A DNA stretch of 56,757 bases from Candidatus Dormiibacterota bacterium (GCA_035536395.1 DATLOE010000017.1:1-56757), one strand, 5' to 3'. Positions 1-13,188 are shown, counted from the stretch's first letter. Numbers and translations are program-made. The notes: a model not told the origin generated them from the letters alone.

Positions 1-1
1 T

Positions 2-451
2 ATTCCATCTAACTTTGCGCATTTACAGATTGTGGCCTATCTGCGTGGTTCAGACTCCCAGCTGAACAGCGATGTATACCTGAGGTTTAATAATGATAGC
101 GGTGCTAACTATGACTATGTACTGCAAATAACCCGTCATAATGCGTCCCTCGGAACGAATGAGGGGGTCAGTGCATCTCAGATTGTATTAGGTCCGACGC
201 CTGCCGGTAACTCGCCAGGCAATACTTTTGGCAGCCAAAAAATAGAGATTCCATATTATGCAAACACCAGCAACCATAAAACCATCCAATCGACAAATGG
301 TTTTAAGCAAGGCACCACGACAGCGAACTTTTATACAGGGTCTGCCGCCGGCTGGTGGAAGAGTACAGCTGCGATTAATCGTGTAACCTTGTTGCCGATA
401 GGGGGAAACTTTCTAGCCGGATCCAGAGTAACGGTTTATGGGCTCGAATAA
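2..451 (+). CDS. hypothetical protein, probably 5'-truncated by the window edge (the frame is open from nt 2; GTG at 32 is the alternative start)
   Basis: There is no stop codon between nt 2 and 451. The product is Asn/Gly/Thr-rich and beta-rich, with no motif I recognise. Confidence 0.45.
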   Translation: MPSNFAHLQIVAYLRGSDSQLNSDVYLRFNNDSGANYDYVLQITRHNASLGTNEGVSASQIVLGPTPAGNSPGNTFGSQKIEIPYYANTSNHKTIQSTNGFKQGTTTANFYTGSAAGWWKSTAAINRVTLLPIGGNFLAGSRVTVYGLE

Positions 452-474
452 ACTTCTTTTGGTGTGACGTGAGG

Positions 475-1017
475 TCAGCCTCTGGTCATGCGCTTGAACG
501 AGCGGATGAGGACTTCTAATAATAAACCGCTGATGCCGCCGATAATTAAGAGTATGAGCAGTTCGGAGCCCTGCAGGCTAAAGCCGTAATACCAGGCGAA
601 CCCATACATGGCTCCGCCAACTATAAGGGCAGTTAACCCTGCACCGGCCGTAACAGACGGCCTAAACACTGTGCGCTCTGCGACCTCACTGGCTGCCTCT
701 ACCACTGGGTGATGTATAAGCCGGCTGAACCGACGGCTGGCAGGCTTAAGCCGGCGCTGCAGGCTCACCATGGTTTCGCGGTAGTGCAGTTTGCGTGATA
801 TACCAGTGGAGGACCCAGATTCCATAAGGCCTTTTTTGGCTTCGTGCTTGGGGGCTGTTTCGGTTTTTTCAATAGTTTCCCGCGCCCGCTCCAGCAGCTT
901 TTCTTGATTAGCCGCGGCCTCCGGGCCAACTTTTCTCTCTGTTTTTCCGGCTAGTCTTTCTAGCGCTTCGGCTGAGCCGGCAGTAAATACTTCATTGGAT
1001 TTTGGCTGGCGCTCCAT
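475..1017 (-). CDS. hypothetical membrane protein (charged N-terminal region, two C-terminal TM helices)
   Basis: 180-aa ORF. Its ATG overlaps the stop of the upstream surface-protein gene (TAATG coupling at 1015-1019). Hydrophobic segments are GLTALIVGGAMYGFAWYY and LLILLIIGGISGLLLEVL. Confidence 0.6.
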   Translation of the reverse strand: MERQPKSNEVFTAGSAEALERLAGKTERKVGPEAAANQEKLLERARETIEKTETAPKHEAKKGLMESGSSTGISRKLHYRETMVSLQRRLKPASRRFSRLIHHPVVEAASEVAERTVFRPSVTAGAGLTALIVGGAMYGFAWYYGFSLQGSELLILLIIGGISGLLLEVLIRSFKRMTRG

Positions 1018-2732
1018 TATCTTCCACCTCCTTGGTAATCGTGTCTTAATATTGCTACTTCATGCACAAGCTGGCGATTGCGGAAGTAAAAATAGACCGC
1101 AAGTGCGATAAAAGCGAAGGCTATGGTATTACCAATAGGGCCGGTCTGCGGCAGCTGGGCGCTGGCCGTCTCAACCTGCTTTGCAGTGGTTGGCGGTTCT
1201 AGCTTTACACTTACAGCGTTACCATAAATATTATCCATTATCAGATCGAACGATTGCGGATCGGAGCTGGAGGCCGGAGTGGTAGGCAGAGGAGATTTAA
1301 CCCTGATGGTAAAGGTTTTTATAACAGTACTGCCGGCCGGAATGTCTACTTTCGGCCATTTGAGCGTACCTCCGGCCTGTACCGCCCCGCCCGCGTCAGC
1401 AACATCGGCATATTCTAGAATGTCATTAATTTCCTCGGTAATTTCGTAGTCGCTTTGCGCGCCCAGGCCGGTATTACTGGTACTTAGAGTGTATTTCACG
1501 CTGTCACCGGCGCGGGCAAGGGCGGCAGACGGAGTAACCTGCTGACCGGCCACTGTAATGATAACGGCTGATTTCTGAAGGGATATATCGGGTGATAGTG
1601 TGGGCTCGGCTTGGGGCAGGGGAGTAGGTGCAGTTGGTGCGGTCGTTGGAGCAGGTGTAGGAGCAGGAGTTGCAGGCGGAGTAGTGGGCGCTGCAGGTGT
1701 CGCAGGGGCAATAACGCTGGATGAGTAGCAGATTTGGTTCGAGTATTTCACTTTCTCACCGTTAGCGTCTATAAAGCCGCGATTACAGACCCTAAGACCA
1801 TCTTTAACAGTGCTTTTGAGCCGCACTTTAATATCTCCGTAGCCGCTGCCCTTTGGGTTTAGTTTATCTATCTTCCAGTAGGCAAAGAATCCGGCCGGCT
1901 CACCACCAAGCCCTGCAAGGTTAGTGTGGTTGCGCCCAATCTTACCCTGAGCACCGGTAACGTTCAGATCACCTTGGCTAATAAACTCAAATTCATTCGG
2001 TATGCGGTCGCCAATCACTACATCATTTGCCGCGCCTTTGCCGCTATTGTTAAATCGCAGGCGGAAGGTTACCTCTTGGCCTGGTTTTATTTTGGCGCCG
2101 CTCGCTGGCCCACTGGCAACCGCCTTGGAAACGTTTAACTGAGGAGGAGATGGTGCTTTAACCTCGGGTGTAGTATCCGTTAGCACCAAATTCCCACAAT
2201 TGATCATGATTGCAAAGTAGCGGTTATCGCCATGTCGGCGGCCTTCTAGTACTTTGTACGTAACACCGGTACCCCAGCTATGCAGCGGCCGCAGGTAGTA
2301 TGTCTTCCCACCTATACTTACACGCCGATCGAGCTCAGAGTGGGGGTTGCGGCCGAGGGACTTGAAGTTTTTATTACTAGAACTCAGGGTGCCGTGTTTA
2401 GTTTTTTTTATATCATTACGGTTTACACCATAGTGGTTAAAGAGGGCTCTAATCTCACGATCGTTGTCATATATATTAAGCAGCGTTTTCTGCGGGTGCT
2501 TGGTGCCGATACCGCCGCGGATTATATCGTTGCTGGAGGCAGCATTCACACTGGTAGGGGGTACTATGGTTGCGGCTACCTGCATAAACATCAGCCCCAC
2601 GGCTGAGATTACTGAAAGCGTGCGGGTAATCTGCTCGCGCTGCAGCCGGCGGAAATAGAACGTCAGCTGCTGGCCGGCAGCTGGGCTTAAGCTTAAGTTT
2701 GATATAATTTGGCGGAACATGAGGCCACTCAC
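1017..2732 (-). CDS. cell-wall-anchored surface protein with DUF11-type repeat domains, a Pro/Thr/Ala stalk and an LPQTG sorting signal
   Basis: The C-terminus reads LPQTGPIGNTIAFAFIALAVYFYFRNRQL, which is motif plus TM plus basic tail. DUF11-like stretches are KPGQEVTFRLRFNNSGKGAANDVVIGDRIP and AGDSVKYTLSTSNTG. The linker is PATPAAPTTPPATPAPTPAPTTAPTAPTP. Confidence 0.8.
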   Translation of the reverse strand: MSGLMFRQIISNLSLSPAAGQQLTFYFRRLQREQITRTLSVISAVGLMFMQVAATIVPPTSVNAASSNDIIRGGIGTKHPQKTLLNIYDNDREIRALFNHYGVNRNDIKKTKHGTLSSSNKNFKSLGRNPHSELDRRVSIGGKTYYLRPLHSWGTGVTYKVLEGRRHGDNRYFAIMINCGNLVLTDTTPEVKAPSPPQLNVSKAVASGPASGAKIKPGQEVTFRLRFNNSGKGAANDVVIGDRIPNEFEFISQGDLNVTGAQGKIGRNHTNLAGLGGEPAGFFAYWKIDKLNPKGSGYGDIKVRLKSTVKDGLRVCNRGFIDANGEKVKYSNQICYSSSVIAPATPAAPTTPPATPAPTPAPTTAPTAPTPLPQAEPTLSPDISLQKSAVIITVAGQQVTPSAALARAGDSVKYTLSTSNTGLGAQSDYEITEEINDILEYADVADAGGAVQAGGTLKWPKVDIPAGSTVIKTFTIRVKSPLPTTPASSSDPQSFDLIMDNIYGNAVSVKLEPPTTAKQVETASAQLPQTGPIGNTIAFAFIALAVYFYFRNRQLVHEVAILRHDYQGGGR

Positions 2733-2811
2733 CTTTATACTATGGTTATTTAACCATTTTGCTTATGGTTGTAGCAAGCAGTAATATAAGTAAATTAGTT
2801 ATGCTTATTGG

Positions 2812-4975
<2,164 letters not shown>

Positions 4976-4976
4976 C

Positions 4977-7523
4977 ATGGCTAAGCAAGAACCACTACTA
5001 CAGCCTGAAGAGAAACCGGAATCCAACGAGGAGGTTATTGTAGACCCGAATCTCGGCACGGTTAAACCTGCCACTATTGAGAGTGTAATGGAAAACCGCT
5101 ACCTCGATTACGCCATGAGTGTGATAGTTTCTCGCGCCTTGCCAGACGTGCGCGATGGGCTTAAGCCCGTGCACCGGCGCATCCTGCATGCCATGAACAC
5201 TATTGGCCTGCGGCATACCGCCAAGTACCGCAAGAGTGCCAATGTAGTCGGTGAGGTAATGGCCAAGTACCACCCTCATGGAGATGCTGCTATATATGAC
5301 TCTATGGTGCGTATGGCCCAGGATTTCAGCTATCGCTACCCGCTGGTAGACGGCCAGGGTAACTTTGGCTCAATGGATGGCGATTCGGCCGCTGCTATGC
5401 GTTATACCGAGGCCAGACTAACCCGAATTGCCGAAGAACTGCTATTTGATATAGAGAAAGAAACGGTTGATTTCAGGCCTAACTACGATGGCTCCCAGAA
5501 AGAGCCAGTGGTACTGCCGGCTAAACTGCCCAACCTGCTCTTAAACGGGCAAATGGGTATTGCCGTCGGTATGGCCACGAACATTCCACCGCACAACCTT
5601 GGCGAGCTGGTAGACGGCATCACTTATTTAATAGATAACCCCGACTGCACAGTAGAAGACCTCATGAAATTCGTACAAGGGCCAGATTTCCCAACCGGCG
5701 GCACTATTTACGGTCAGGAATCGATCCGCCAGGCATACGGTACCGGCAAGGGCTCGATTGTCATCCGCGCGGTAGCCGAGATTGAAGAAGACAAAAAGGG
5801 CAACTTCCGCATCATTATCACCGAAATTCCATACGCCCAGAATAAGGCGGTACTAGTAGAGAAGATTGCCGACTTGGTGAAGGAAAAGAAGATTACAGGC
5901 ATTAGCGACCTGCGCGATGAAAGTTCGCGTAATGGGGTAAGGATCGTGATTGAACTGAAGAAAGACTCATATCCCAAGAAAATTCTGAACCAGCTATATA
6001 AGATGACGCCGATGCAGACAGCCTTCCATGTAAATATGCTGGCATTGGTAGACGGCATTCAGCCCAGGGTTTTGAGCCTGGAGATGATTCTGCGCGAGTT
6101 CGTGGCTCACCGTCAGATAGTAGTGCGCCGGCGAACCGAGTTCGAACTGCGTAAAGCCAAGGACAGAGCCCATATCTTAGAAGGCTTAAAGATTGCGCTC
6201 GATCATATAGATGAGGTTATTAAAACCATTCGGGCCTCCCGAACCACCGATGATGCACAGAATAACCTGATTAAACAGTTCAAATTGACTGTTTTACAAG
6301 CCAAGGCAATACTTGCCATGCAGCTTCGTACGCTGGCAGGCCTTGAGCGCCAGAAAATAGAAGATGAGCTGGCTGAGCTCATGAAGCTCATCAGCGGTTT
6401 GGAAAAAATCTTAGCCGACGAAAAAGAAATATTCCGAATTATCAAAGAGGAGCTTGCCGAACTGAAAGAGAAATATGCTGATGATCGCAAAACTAAAATA
6501 ATTCCGAATGAATTAGGTAAGTTTTCAGAAGAGGAGCTGGTACCGAACGAGCAGGTGATAGTAACCCTGACCCAAGGCAATTATGTAAAACGTATACCAG
6601 CCAACACCTATAAATCACAAGGCCGCGGCGGCAAGGGCATTATGGGTATGACGACTAAAGAAGAGGATGTGGTAGAGCACATGGTGCTGACCAATAACCA
6701 TGACTATATGCTGTTCTTTACAAACAAGGGTCGTGTTTTCAGGGTTAAAGTTTATGAAATTCCGGCCGCTTCGCGAACAGCCAAAGGCCAGCCGATCGTT
6801 AATGTGATCCAATTGCAGCCAGATGAAAAGGTGACTTCGCTAAACACCTTCACATCAGCTACGGATGCTGAGCACTATCTGTTTATGGCTACCCGTAAGG
6901 GCACAGTGAAGAAGACTCCGCTTAAAGATTATGCTAACGTTCGGACCTCTGGTATCGTAGCCATTAAGCTCGACGATGGCGATGAACTGAAGTGGGTCAA
7001 ACTTACCAGTGGTCAGGACCAGATTATTATGTCTACCGCTCTCGGCCAGGCCATCCGCTTTAAAGAAACAGATGCGCGGCCGATGGGCCGGGCTACCAGG
7101 GGAGTGCGCGGTATACGCTTGCGCGCAGGTGATATGGTGGTGGGGATGGATGTCGTTCAGCCTAACTCCCAGCTGCTTGTAATTATGGAGAACGGTTACG
7201 GCAAGCGCACGAGTATTGAGCAGTTTGCAACTCACGCAAGAGGCGGCGTGGGTATTAAGGCCGGTGTGGTAACTGAGAAGACGGGTAAAACCGTGGATGT
7301 AAGAGCTATTACAGATACTACAGATGATGCTGTAATTGTTTCTACAAATGGTCAGATTATCCGCTTACCACTAAAGGGCGTTTCGCTAATCGGCCGGGCA
7401 ACCCAGGGTGTTCGCATGATGAAAATGAATGACAAGGATAAGGTAGCCTCGCTGGCACTAGTGGGGGAGTCTAAGATTGAAGAAGAAGTAGCACAGCCAG
7501 ATACGGTAAAAGCCGATGATTAA
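4977..7523 (+). CDS. gyrA: DNA gyrase subunit A
   Basis: Motifs seen: [37 protein letters not shown], and AAMRYTE with the catalytic Tyr. The C-terminal region has beta-pinwheel repeats. Confidence 0.98.
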   Translation: MAKQEPLLQPEEKPESNEEVIVDPNLGTVKPATIESVMENRYLDYAMSVIVSRALPDVRDGLKPVHRRILHAMNTIGLRHTAKYRKSANVVGEVMAKYHPHGDAAIYDSMVRMAQDFSYRYPLVDGQGNFGSMDGDSAAAMRYTEARLTRIAEELLFDIEKETVDFRPNYDGSQKEPVVLPAKLPNLLLNGQMGIAVGMATNIPPHNLGELVDGITYLIDNPDCTVEDLMKFVQGPDFPTGGTIYGQESIRQAYGTGKGSIVIRAVAEIEEDKKGNFRIIITEIPYAQNKAVLVEKIADLVKEKKITGISDLRDESSRNGVRIVIELKKDSYPKKILNQLYKMTPMQTAFHVNMLALVDGIQPRVLSLEMILREFVAHRQIVVRRRTEFELRKAKDRAHILEGLKIALDHIDEVIKTIRASRTTDDAQNNLIKQFKLTVLQAKAILAMQLRTLAGLERQKIEDELAELMKLISGLEKILADEKEIFRIIKEELAELKEKYADDRKTKIIPNELGKFSEEELVPNEQVIVTLTQGNYVKRIPANTYKSQGRGGKGIMGMTTKEEDVVEHMVLTNNHDYMLFFTNKGRVFRVKVYEIPAASRTAKGQPIVNVIQLQPDEKVTSLNTFTSATDAEHYLFMATRKGTVKKTPLKDYANVRTSGIVAIKLDDGDELKWVKLTSGQDQIIMSTALGQAIRFKETDARPMGRATRGVRGIRLRAGDMVVGMDVVQPNSQLLVIMENGYGKRTSIEQFATHARGGVGIKAGVVTEKTGKTVDVRAITDTTDDAVIVSTNGQIIRLPLKGVSLIGRATQGVRMMKMNDKDKVASLALVGESKIEEEVAQPDTVKADD

Positions 7524-8370
7524 TCCGTATATAGTAGTTCCGGTTGCTGTCTGGGCTATTGCCCAGTTTTTAAAATTTGTGATTGCGGCCAGTCATGGCA
7601 GGCTAGACTTTAAATATCTATATGCATCGGGCGGAATGCCTAGTGTGCATGCGGCGGTGGTAACCTCACTCTCCACCACGGCCTTTTTAATAGATGGCCC
7701 AACTTCTGCTATATTTGGCATTACTGTGATTTTGGCCGGTATTGTAATGTATGATTCCTTCGGCGTCCGGCGCTCTAGCGGAGAGCAGGCGGTGGCGATT
7801 AACCATATACTGGCAAGCCTGGATAAGGACAGAGCACCAATGTTTCACCAGCAAGAACATATTCGTGAAGTGCTTGGCCATAAACCATCGGAGGTAATTG
7901 TAGGAGCATCATTAGGAACTCTGCTGGCAGTATTATTTAACATCGACCGAGCCGGCTTACTGCTTGCTACGCTGAGTACACCGGTACCCTTTGCAGTCAC
8001 CTTGCTCACAGCTGCTTTATCGGCGATCCTTCTGGTTGGGGTGCTAGCCGGCAGGATCTGGCTGCTTAAAAAATATGCTAAAGTTACAGCTGTTAAAACG
8101 GTTGTTAAAAGAGTCTTTATTGTAGATGCGGTATTTGCATCGGTCGGTCTAGCATTGGCATTCCTGCAATACGAGAAAATAGAAGGGGCATTGTGGGTGG
8201 TTTGGCCGCTAGTTTTACTCTTAACACTGGCAGTTATTAAGATATTAATACTCCGTGCATATAAGCAGCCGATCCGCGAGGCTCTAGCCGCACACAAAGC
8301 ACGGCTAGACAAGCAAAAGTGGATAGAGGGCCCTAACAAAGACCGTCGCAAGAAGAAAAAACGGAAATAG
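7516..8370 (+). CDS. divergent PAP2 / DUF212 (YuiD-like) membrane protein with an extra C-terminal multi-TM extension and a polybasic tail
   Basis: Motifs seen: [28 protein letters not shown] and [15 protein letters not shown]. The gene overlaps the gyrA stop by 8 nt. The C-terminus ends [10 protein letters not shown]. Confidence 0.7.
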   Translation: MINPYIVVPVAVWAIAQFLKFVIAASHGRLDFKYLYASGGMPSVHAAVVTSLSTTAFLIDGPTSAIFGITVILAGIVMYDSFGVRRSSGEQAVAINHILASLDKDRAPMFHQQEHIREVLGHKPSEVIVGASLGTLLAVLFNIDRAGLLLATLSTPVPFAVTLLTAALSAILLVGVLAGRIWLLKKYAKVTAVKTVVKRVFIVDAVFASVGLALAFLQYEKIEGALWVVWPLVLLLTLAVIKILILRAYKQPIREALAAHKARLDKQKWIEGPNKDRRKKKKRK

Positions 8371-8422
8371 TTAAAACTATTGTTGTCTTAAGCACAACAA
8401 GTATGCCAGGGTATTTTTTACG

Positions 8423-8451
8423 TTGACAGCCGCCCAGCAGTCCTATAGAAT
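8423..8451 (+). promoter_or_regulatory. 16S rRNA promoter (TTGACA - 17 nt - TAGAAT)
   Basis: A consensus -35 is at 8423-8428 and the -10 at 8446-8451. It lies about 215 nt upstream of the mature 16S 5' end. Confidence 0.55.
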
Positions 8452-8543
8452 CTTTATTAACGTCTTGAAAGAGTAGAACGATCGAAGTAAAGCGACAGAG
8501 ATGTCGGCTTTATTTTTCTGCTATTTTTCAGGCGCAGAAACTT

Positions 8544-8566
8544 GAAAGTTGAAGTAGTGCAGTGAA
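8544..8566 (+). other. 5' arm of the 16S precursor processing stem (pairs with 10274-10296)
   Basis: AGTAGTGCAGTGAA (8553-8566) is the exact complement of TTCACTGCACTACT (10274-10287). GAAAGT (8544-8549) pairs with ACTTTC (10291-10296). Confidence 0.7.
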
Positions 8567-8664
8567 TCCAAACACTCTGTAGCGTCAAAAACTATGGAGT
8601 ATAAATACAATTCTTTTGAAACGACAGCGTTTCAAACTTTCTTACGAGGTAAGACTCGTATATT

Positions 8665-10144
<1,480 letters not shown>

Positions 10145-10273
10145 AGGGAGAAACGATGCAGCAATGCATTCCTCGGTATTTTGGCCGAGGCCAGAGAAAC
10201 TAATTGAGCTTCGAAAGAGTGCTCTTAGCGGATCTGCGGAACTTCTAGGTCGTTCACCGCAAGGTGAATGGTG

Positions 10274-10296
10274 TTCACTGCACTACTATGACTTTC
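10274..10296 (+). other. 3' arm of the 16S precursor processing stem
   Basis: It is complementary to 8544-8566, as described for the 5' arm. Confidence 0.7.
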
Positions 10297-10301
10297 AAAC
10301 T

Positions 10302-10328
10302 AAAAACAGCCTGCTAGGGCTGTTTTTC
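10302..10328 (+). terminator. intrinsic terminator immediately after the 16S processing stem
   Basis: AAAAACAGCC-TGCTAG-GGCTGTTTTT forms a 6-bp GC core, extended by A/T pairs and followed by a T-run. Confidence 0.65.
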
Positions 10329-10340
10329 TTATCCAAGCTT

Positions 10341-10601
10341 TTAAATTTTTGGGAACATTTGAATTAGGGGAGCGAGCAGAAAATCCAGGACCGGTTTATG
10401 CAGGCCTGTCATATATATAATGCCGGCCAGAATTAATAGTACGGATAGTAATTTTACAAAACCATATGTACTGCCGCCACCTAAATACCGCTCTACCCAG
10501 CCGATATGGCCGGTAAATCCTACTAACTGATAATTATACTTGAGACCCACTATACCTAGGGCGATAGCCAAGGAGCCTAATAGAATCTGGGTTAAAATCA
10601 T
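10341..10601 (-). CDS. small membrane protein (3 predicted TM segments)
   Basis: 86-aa hydrophobic ORF. It has a 4-nt start/stop overlap with the upstream chorismate mutase gene. Confidence 0.6.
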   Translation of the reverse strand: MILTQILLGSLAIALGIVGLKYNYQLVGFTGHIGWVERYLGGGSTYGFVKLLSVLLILAGIIYMTGLHKPVLDFLLAPLIQMFPKI

Positions 10602-10888
10602 AATTTAGCCAATCCTTTAACTTTAGTTTGAACCTTCTTAGAAGCTTGAAGGATAATTTGATAAATTTCGGTTATAAACTCTGGTTCGAGCTGAAGCTTG
10701 TCGGCCAGAGCCCGCTGCTGCTTAAGCATTTCTTTCTCTCGTTGCGGATCATACACTGACTGCCCGGTGCTACTTTTAATCTCTCCAATTTTTTGGCTTA
10801 TAATATGCCTTTTGGCTAAGAGTGTAATAATCTGCTGGTCGATCTCATCTATTTGTTCACGCCAGCCGGATAGATCAGAGTTTTTCAT
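10598..10888 (-). CDS. AroQ-type chorismate mutase (96 aa; start taken at the internal ATG, MKNSDLSGW...)
   Basis: REQIDEIDQQIITLLAKRHIISQKIGEIKS...VYDPQREKEML matches the AroQ helical-bundle pattern. The longer ORF to 11038 would run through the upstream terminator. Confidence 0.7.
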   Translation of the reverse strand: MKNSDLSGWREQIDEIDQQIITLLAKRHIISQKIGEIKSSTGQSVYDPQREKEMLKQQRALADKLQLEPEFITEIYQIILQASKKVQTKVKGLAKL

Positions 10889-10938
10889 AAGCGTATTATA
10901 GCAAAAGAAAAAGGCGGCCATATAATGACCGCCTAATA

Positions 10939-11334
10939 CTAAGCCGCAAGAGACTCCTGCCGCTCGTGAAGTTTGCACCGGTAGTGGCCATTGATATTTT
11001 CTTTTGGTACCGCATGACCTCTGCCTCCATAACACCAAGCCCAGGTGTCGGCATGGTCTGGGAATGGTCTTCTGCTGTAAAACTCATCCCTGTCTTTCAG
11101 CGTCTCTAATGGTTCTTTTGTGAGGATCTTATAGCCGGCACCCCAACCCTGCTCCTCAATGCCACAATCCAAACACATTCGTCGAGGGGCTAGAGAGGGG
11201 AGATGGGTTTGTGGCTTGTAATCGACCTCGATAATCCGTTTATGCCGGCAGTCTTGCCGCAGGTGCTGTATCTCCGAACACAGCAAATGTCTGGCAGAAC
11301 TAACTACTAGCTGAAGCTCGGCTGCTTTGCTCAT
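10939..11334 (-). CDS. hypothetical Cys/His-rich protein
   Basis: 131-aa ORF with CSEIQH...CRH...CLDCG...HYRCKLH. A hairpin plus T-run follows on the minus strand at about 10897-10930. Confidence 0.5.
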   Translation of the reverse strand: MSKAAELQLVVSSARHLLCSEIQHLRQDCRHKRIIEVDYKPQTHLPSLAPRRMCLDCGIEEQGWGAGYKILTKEPLETLKDRDEFYSRRPFPDHADTWAWCYGGRGHAVPKENINGHYRCKLHERQESLAA

Positions 11335-11411
11335 ATCTCCTCCGGTATTTCAAGGTATAGATTACAGTTTACCGAACAAAGACCGAACTGTCAATAAACA
11401 ATGGCTGCTCG

Positions 11412-11440
11412 TTGATAAAACCTCGGCTATCTGGTTAAAT
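11412..11440 (+). promoter_or_regulatory. candidate promoter for tRNA-Ile (TTGATA - 17 nt - TTAAAT)
   Basis: The hexamer spacing is exact. It lies about 25 nt upstream of the tRNA 5' end. Confidence 0.4.
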
Positions 11441-11464
11441 ATATTGGTTGTTGGTTTTGAATAA

Positions 11465-11541
11465 GGGCGATTAGCTCAGCTGGTTAGAGCGCGTCACTGA
11501 TAATGACGAGGTCCCAGGTTCAAGTCCTGGATCGCCCACCA
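11465..11541 (+). tRNA. tRNA-Ile (anticodon GAU), CCA encoded
   Basis: I folded the cloverleaf by hand. The acceptor is GGGCGAT/ATCGCCC, the anticodon loop is CTGATAA, and the T-loop is TTCAAGT. Confidence 0.95.
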
Positions 11542-11570
11542 TTGAACTCTCCATAGGTTACAATTTAATA

Positions 11571-12008
11571 ATGAAGAAATTGCTACTAGCGACTGCCATA
11601 CTTATAACCTGCGCAGTCCTTTTACTTATATATATGAATAGTTCGCGCATACACACACTGCCGCTGACTAGCGTGGAGATAGCAGATACCGAGAAGGAGC
11701 GTAACCGTGGGCTTATGGGTAGGAACGAACTGTGCCGCAGCTGCGGTATGCTATTTGTATATAATAATGAAGCCGTGCGCACTTTCTGGATGAAGGATAC
11801 GCCTATATCTCTGGATATAATCTTTATAGATGGCAGCGGCAAGGTAGTTCGGGTAGCAAAAAACGTGCAGCCAAACAGTGAAGTATCAATATCCTCCGGC
11901 AAACCAGTGCAGTACGTTCTAGAGGTGAATACCGGTATGAGCGACGAGTACGGCTTGAGGGTAGGGCAGAAGATTGATATTAATAGCCTGTTGATAGACT
12001 CACCTTAA
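11571..12008 (+). CDS. DUF192 (COG1430) family protein with an N-terminal signal/anchor
   Basis: Motifs seen: RNRGLMGR, GMLFVY and FWMKDTPISLDIIFID. The N-terminus is hydrophobic. Confidence 0.75.
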   Translation: MKKLLLATAILITCAVLLLIYMNSSRIHTLPLTSVEIADTEKERNRGLMGRNELCRSCGMLFVYNNEAVRTFWMKDTPISLDIIFIDGSGKVVRVAKNVQPNSEVSISSGKPVQYVLEVNTGMSDEYGLRVGQKIDINSLLIDSP

Positions 12009-12086
12009 CTTGTAGCTAGTATAATATTTGTTTACAATTGCTTAGTTCACCGGCTTTAATATTGAAATCATATTAGTATAGTTGAT

Positions 12087-12163
12087 GGGGCATTAGCTCA
12101 GCTGGCTAGAGCACCTGCTTTGCAAGCAGGGGGTCGTCGGTTCGAATCCGACATGCTCCACCA
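12087..12163 (+). tRNA. tRNA-Ala (anticodon UGC), CCA encoded, G3:U70 identity pair present
   Basis: The acceptor is GGGGCAT/ATGCTCC with G3-U70. The anticodon loop is TTTGCAA and the T-loop is TTCGAAT. Confidence 0.95.
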
Positions 12164-12212
12164 ACTGTACTTATTTGAACCACAATTCGACATGCTTCAT
12201 TAAGCAATAATT

Positions 12213-12240
12213 TAAGCCCGCACCGTAATGGTGCGGGCTT
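12213..12240. terminator. GC-rich hairpin between tRNA-Ala and the convergent IHF-like gene
   Basis: The hairpin is AAGCCCGCACC-GTAA-TGGTGCGGGCTT. On the minus strand it is followed by AAATTATT. Confidence 0.55.
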
Positions 12241-12251
12241 GTGTTGTGCGC

Positions 12252-12980
12252 TCAGGTCAGAGCGAACTCGGGTGTCTGCGCCGAAAGAAGACTGATCTGC
12301 GGCTGCTTGGCATCCAATGCCATGCAAAGGATAGACCGCTGCCGCTCTGTGAGCGAACCGACGGATTTGTGCTCGCTGATTCCGACGCCAAACAGCAGCC
12401 TACGTGCACGGGTCTGCCCCCAGCGATTCTGAGCTCTCAGCAGTTCCATGATAGTCATGGAACCCATCTCGGGAGGGAGGTTAGTAAGTACCTCCCTGAC
12501 GCTCAGCTCGCCCCGGGCAATCGCTTGCTTGCACACGGCTTGGCTGATCCGGATGGAATTGGCTCTTTCAAGGGCCTCCATGTGCTGCGACTGCGGGTGA
12601 TGCCTGGCCTGGCGCTGGCTTTTACTGGCCAGCACCTTTGCTGGATCAGGCAGCTCGGCTATGATTGCCTGGCGCTGTCTGGCTGAAAGGCCGCCCAGTG
12701 TCTTGCTAGGCGAAATTTTCTTTTGCAGCAGAATCTGGCGGGTCTTGACCCTGCCGATCTTTGGGACGGCCCTCACGGCATCTACGACCTTCATAGTCGC
12801 AAGCCAGGCTGGCACATCCAGAAGAGTTTCTCGGAGATCGGCCTCACAGGCACTTAGCTGGCGCTTGAATTCAGCTCGCCGTATCCTTATCTCGTTGGCC
12901 TTTTCAAGCGCGCTCATGCGCTGGTCCAGGCTCCGCGCCGGAGGCCTGTCGCCGCTTGTTTTGGCTCCTATTCCGCTCAT
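12252..12980 (-). CDS. tandem-duplicated actinobacterial-type integration host factor (mIHF/sIHF-like), high-GC gene
   Basis: Two repeats each match the mIHF pattern AALEKA..RR.RAE.K..L...MKV..ll.alP.vGkvk...im..l.i....rl.gL..rQr..l. Repeat 1 reads SALEKANEIRIRRAEFK...MKVVDAVRAVPKIGRVKTRQILLQKKISPSKTLGGLSARQRQAIIAEL. Repeat 2 reads EALERANSIRISQA...MTIMELLRAQNRWGQTRARRLLFGVGISEHKSVGSLTERQRSIL. The RBS is GAGGTGA. Confidence 0.8.
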   Translation of the reverse strand: MSGIGAKTSGDRPPARSLDQRMSALEKANEIRIRRAEFKRQLSACEADLRETLLDVPAWLATMKVVDAVRAVPKIGRVKTRQILLQKKISPSKTLGGLSARQRQAIIAELPDPAKVLASKSQRQARHHPQSQHMEALERANSIRISQAVCKQAIARGELSVREVLTNLPPEMGSMTIMELLRAQNRWGQTRARRLLFGVGISEHKSVGSLTERQRSILCMALDAKQPQISLLSAQTPEFALT

Positions 12981-13188
12981 GTATTTTCACCTCACATGCC
13001 TCGGCCGCACGGGCCTTTTACAGTGACATTAGCAAAGGTAACATAACGGTTTTGTGAATGCATGCATAAGCGCTTTTGGGCTAGTATGGGGTTGATACCG
13101 TTGCAAAAAAGTCAATATTGCAATCCATACCCACTTTAAGCGATAATGGTTATGTAGAACAAAATAACAAAAAAGAAAGGAGGCAGCC

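Noticed and set aside
10889-11038. The upstream 50 codons of ORF 10598..11038 (146-aa version of the chorismate mutase).
   Set aside because: This extension would read through the hairpin plus T-run terminator of the upstream gene, and it encodes non-AroQ sequence. The internal ATG at 10888 gives a canonical-length AroQ.
12087-13030. Integrated mobile element or prophage remnant at tRNA-Ala.
   Set aside because: The high-GC gene next to the tRNA is suggestive. However, I found no integrase or recombinase ORF and no direct repeat of the tRNA 3' end (att-like) within the following few kb. I report it only as a compositional island.
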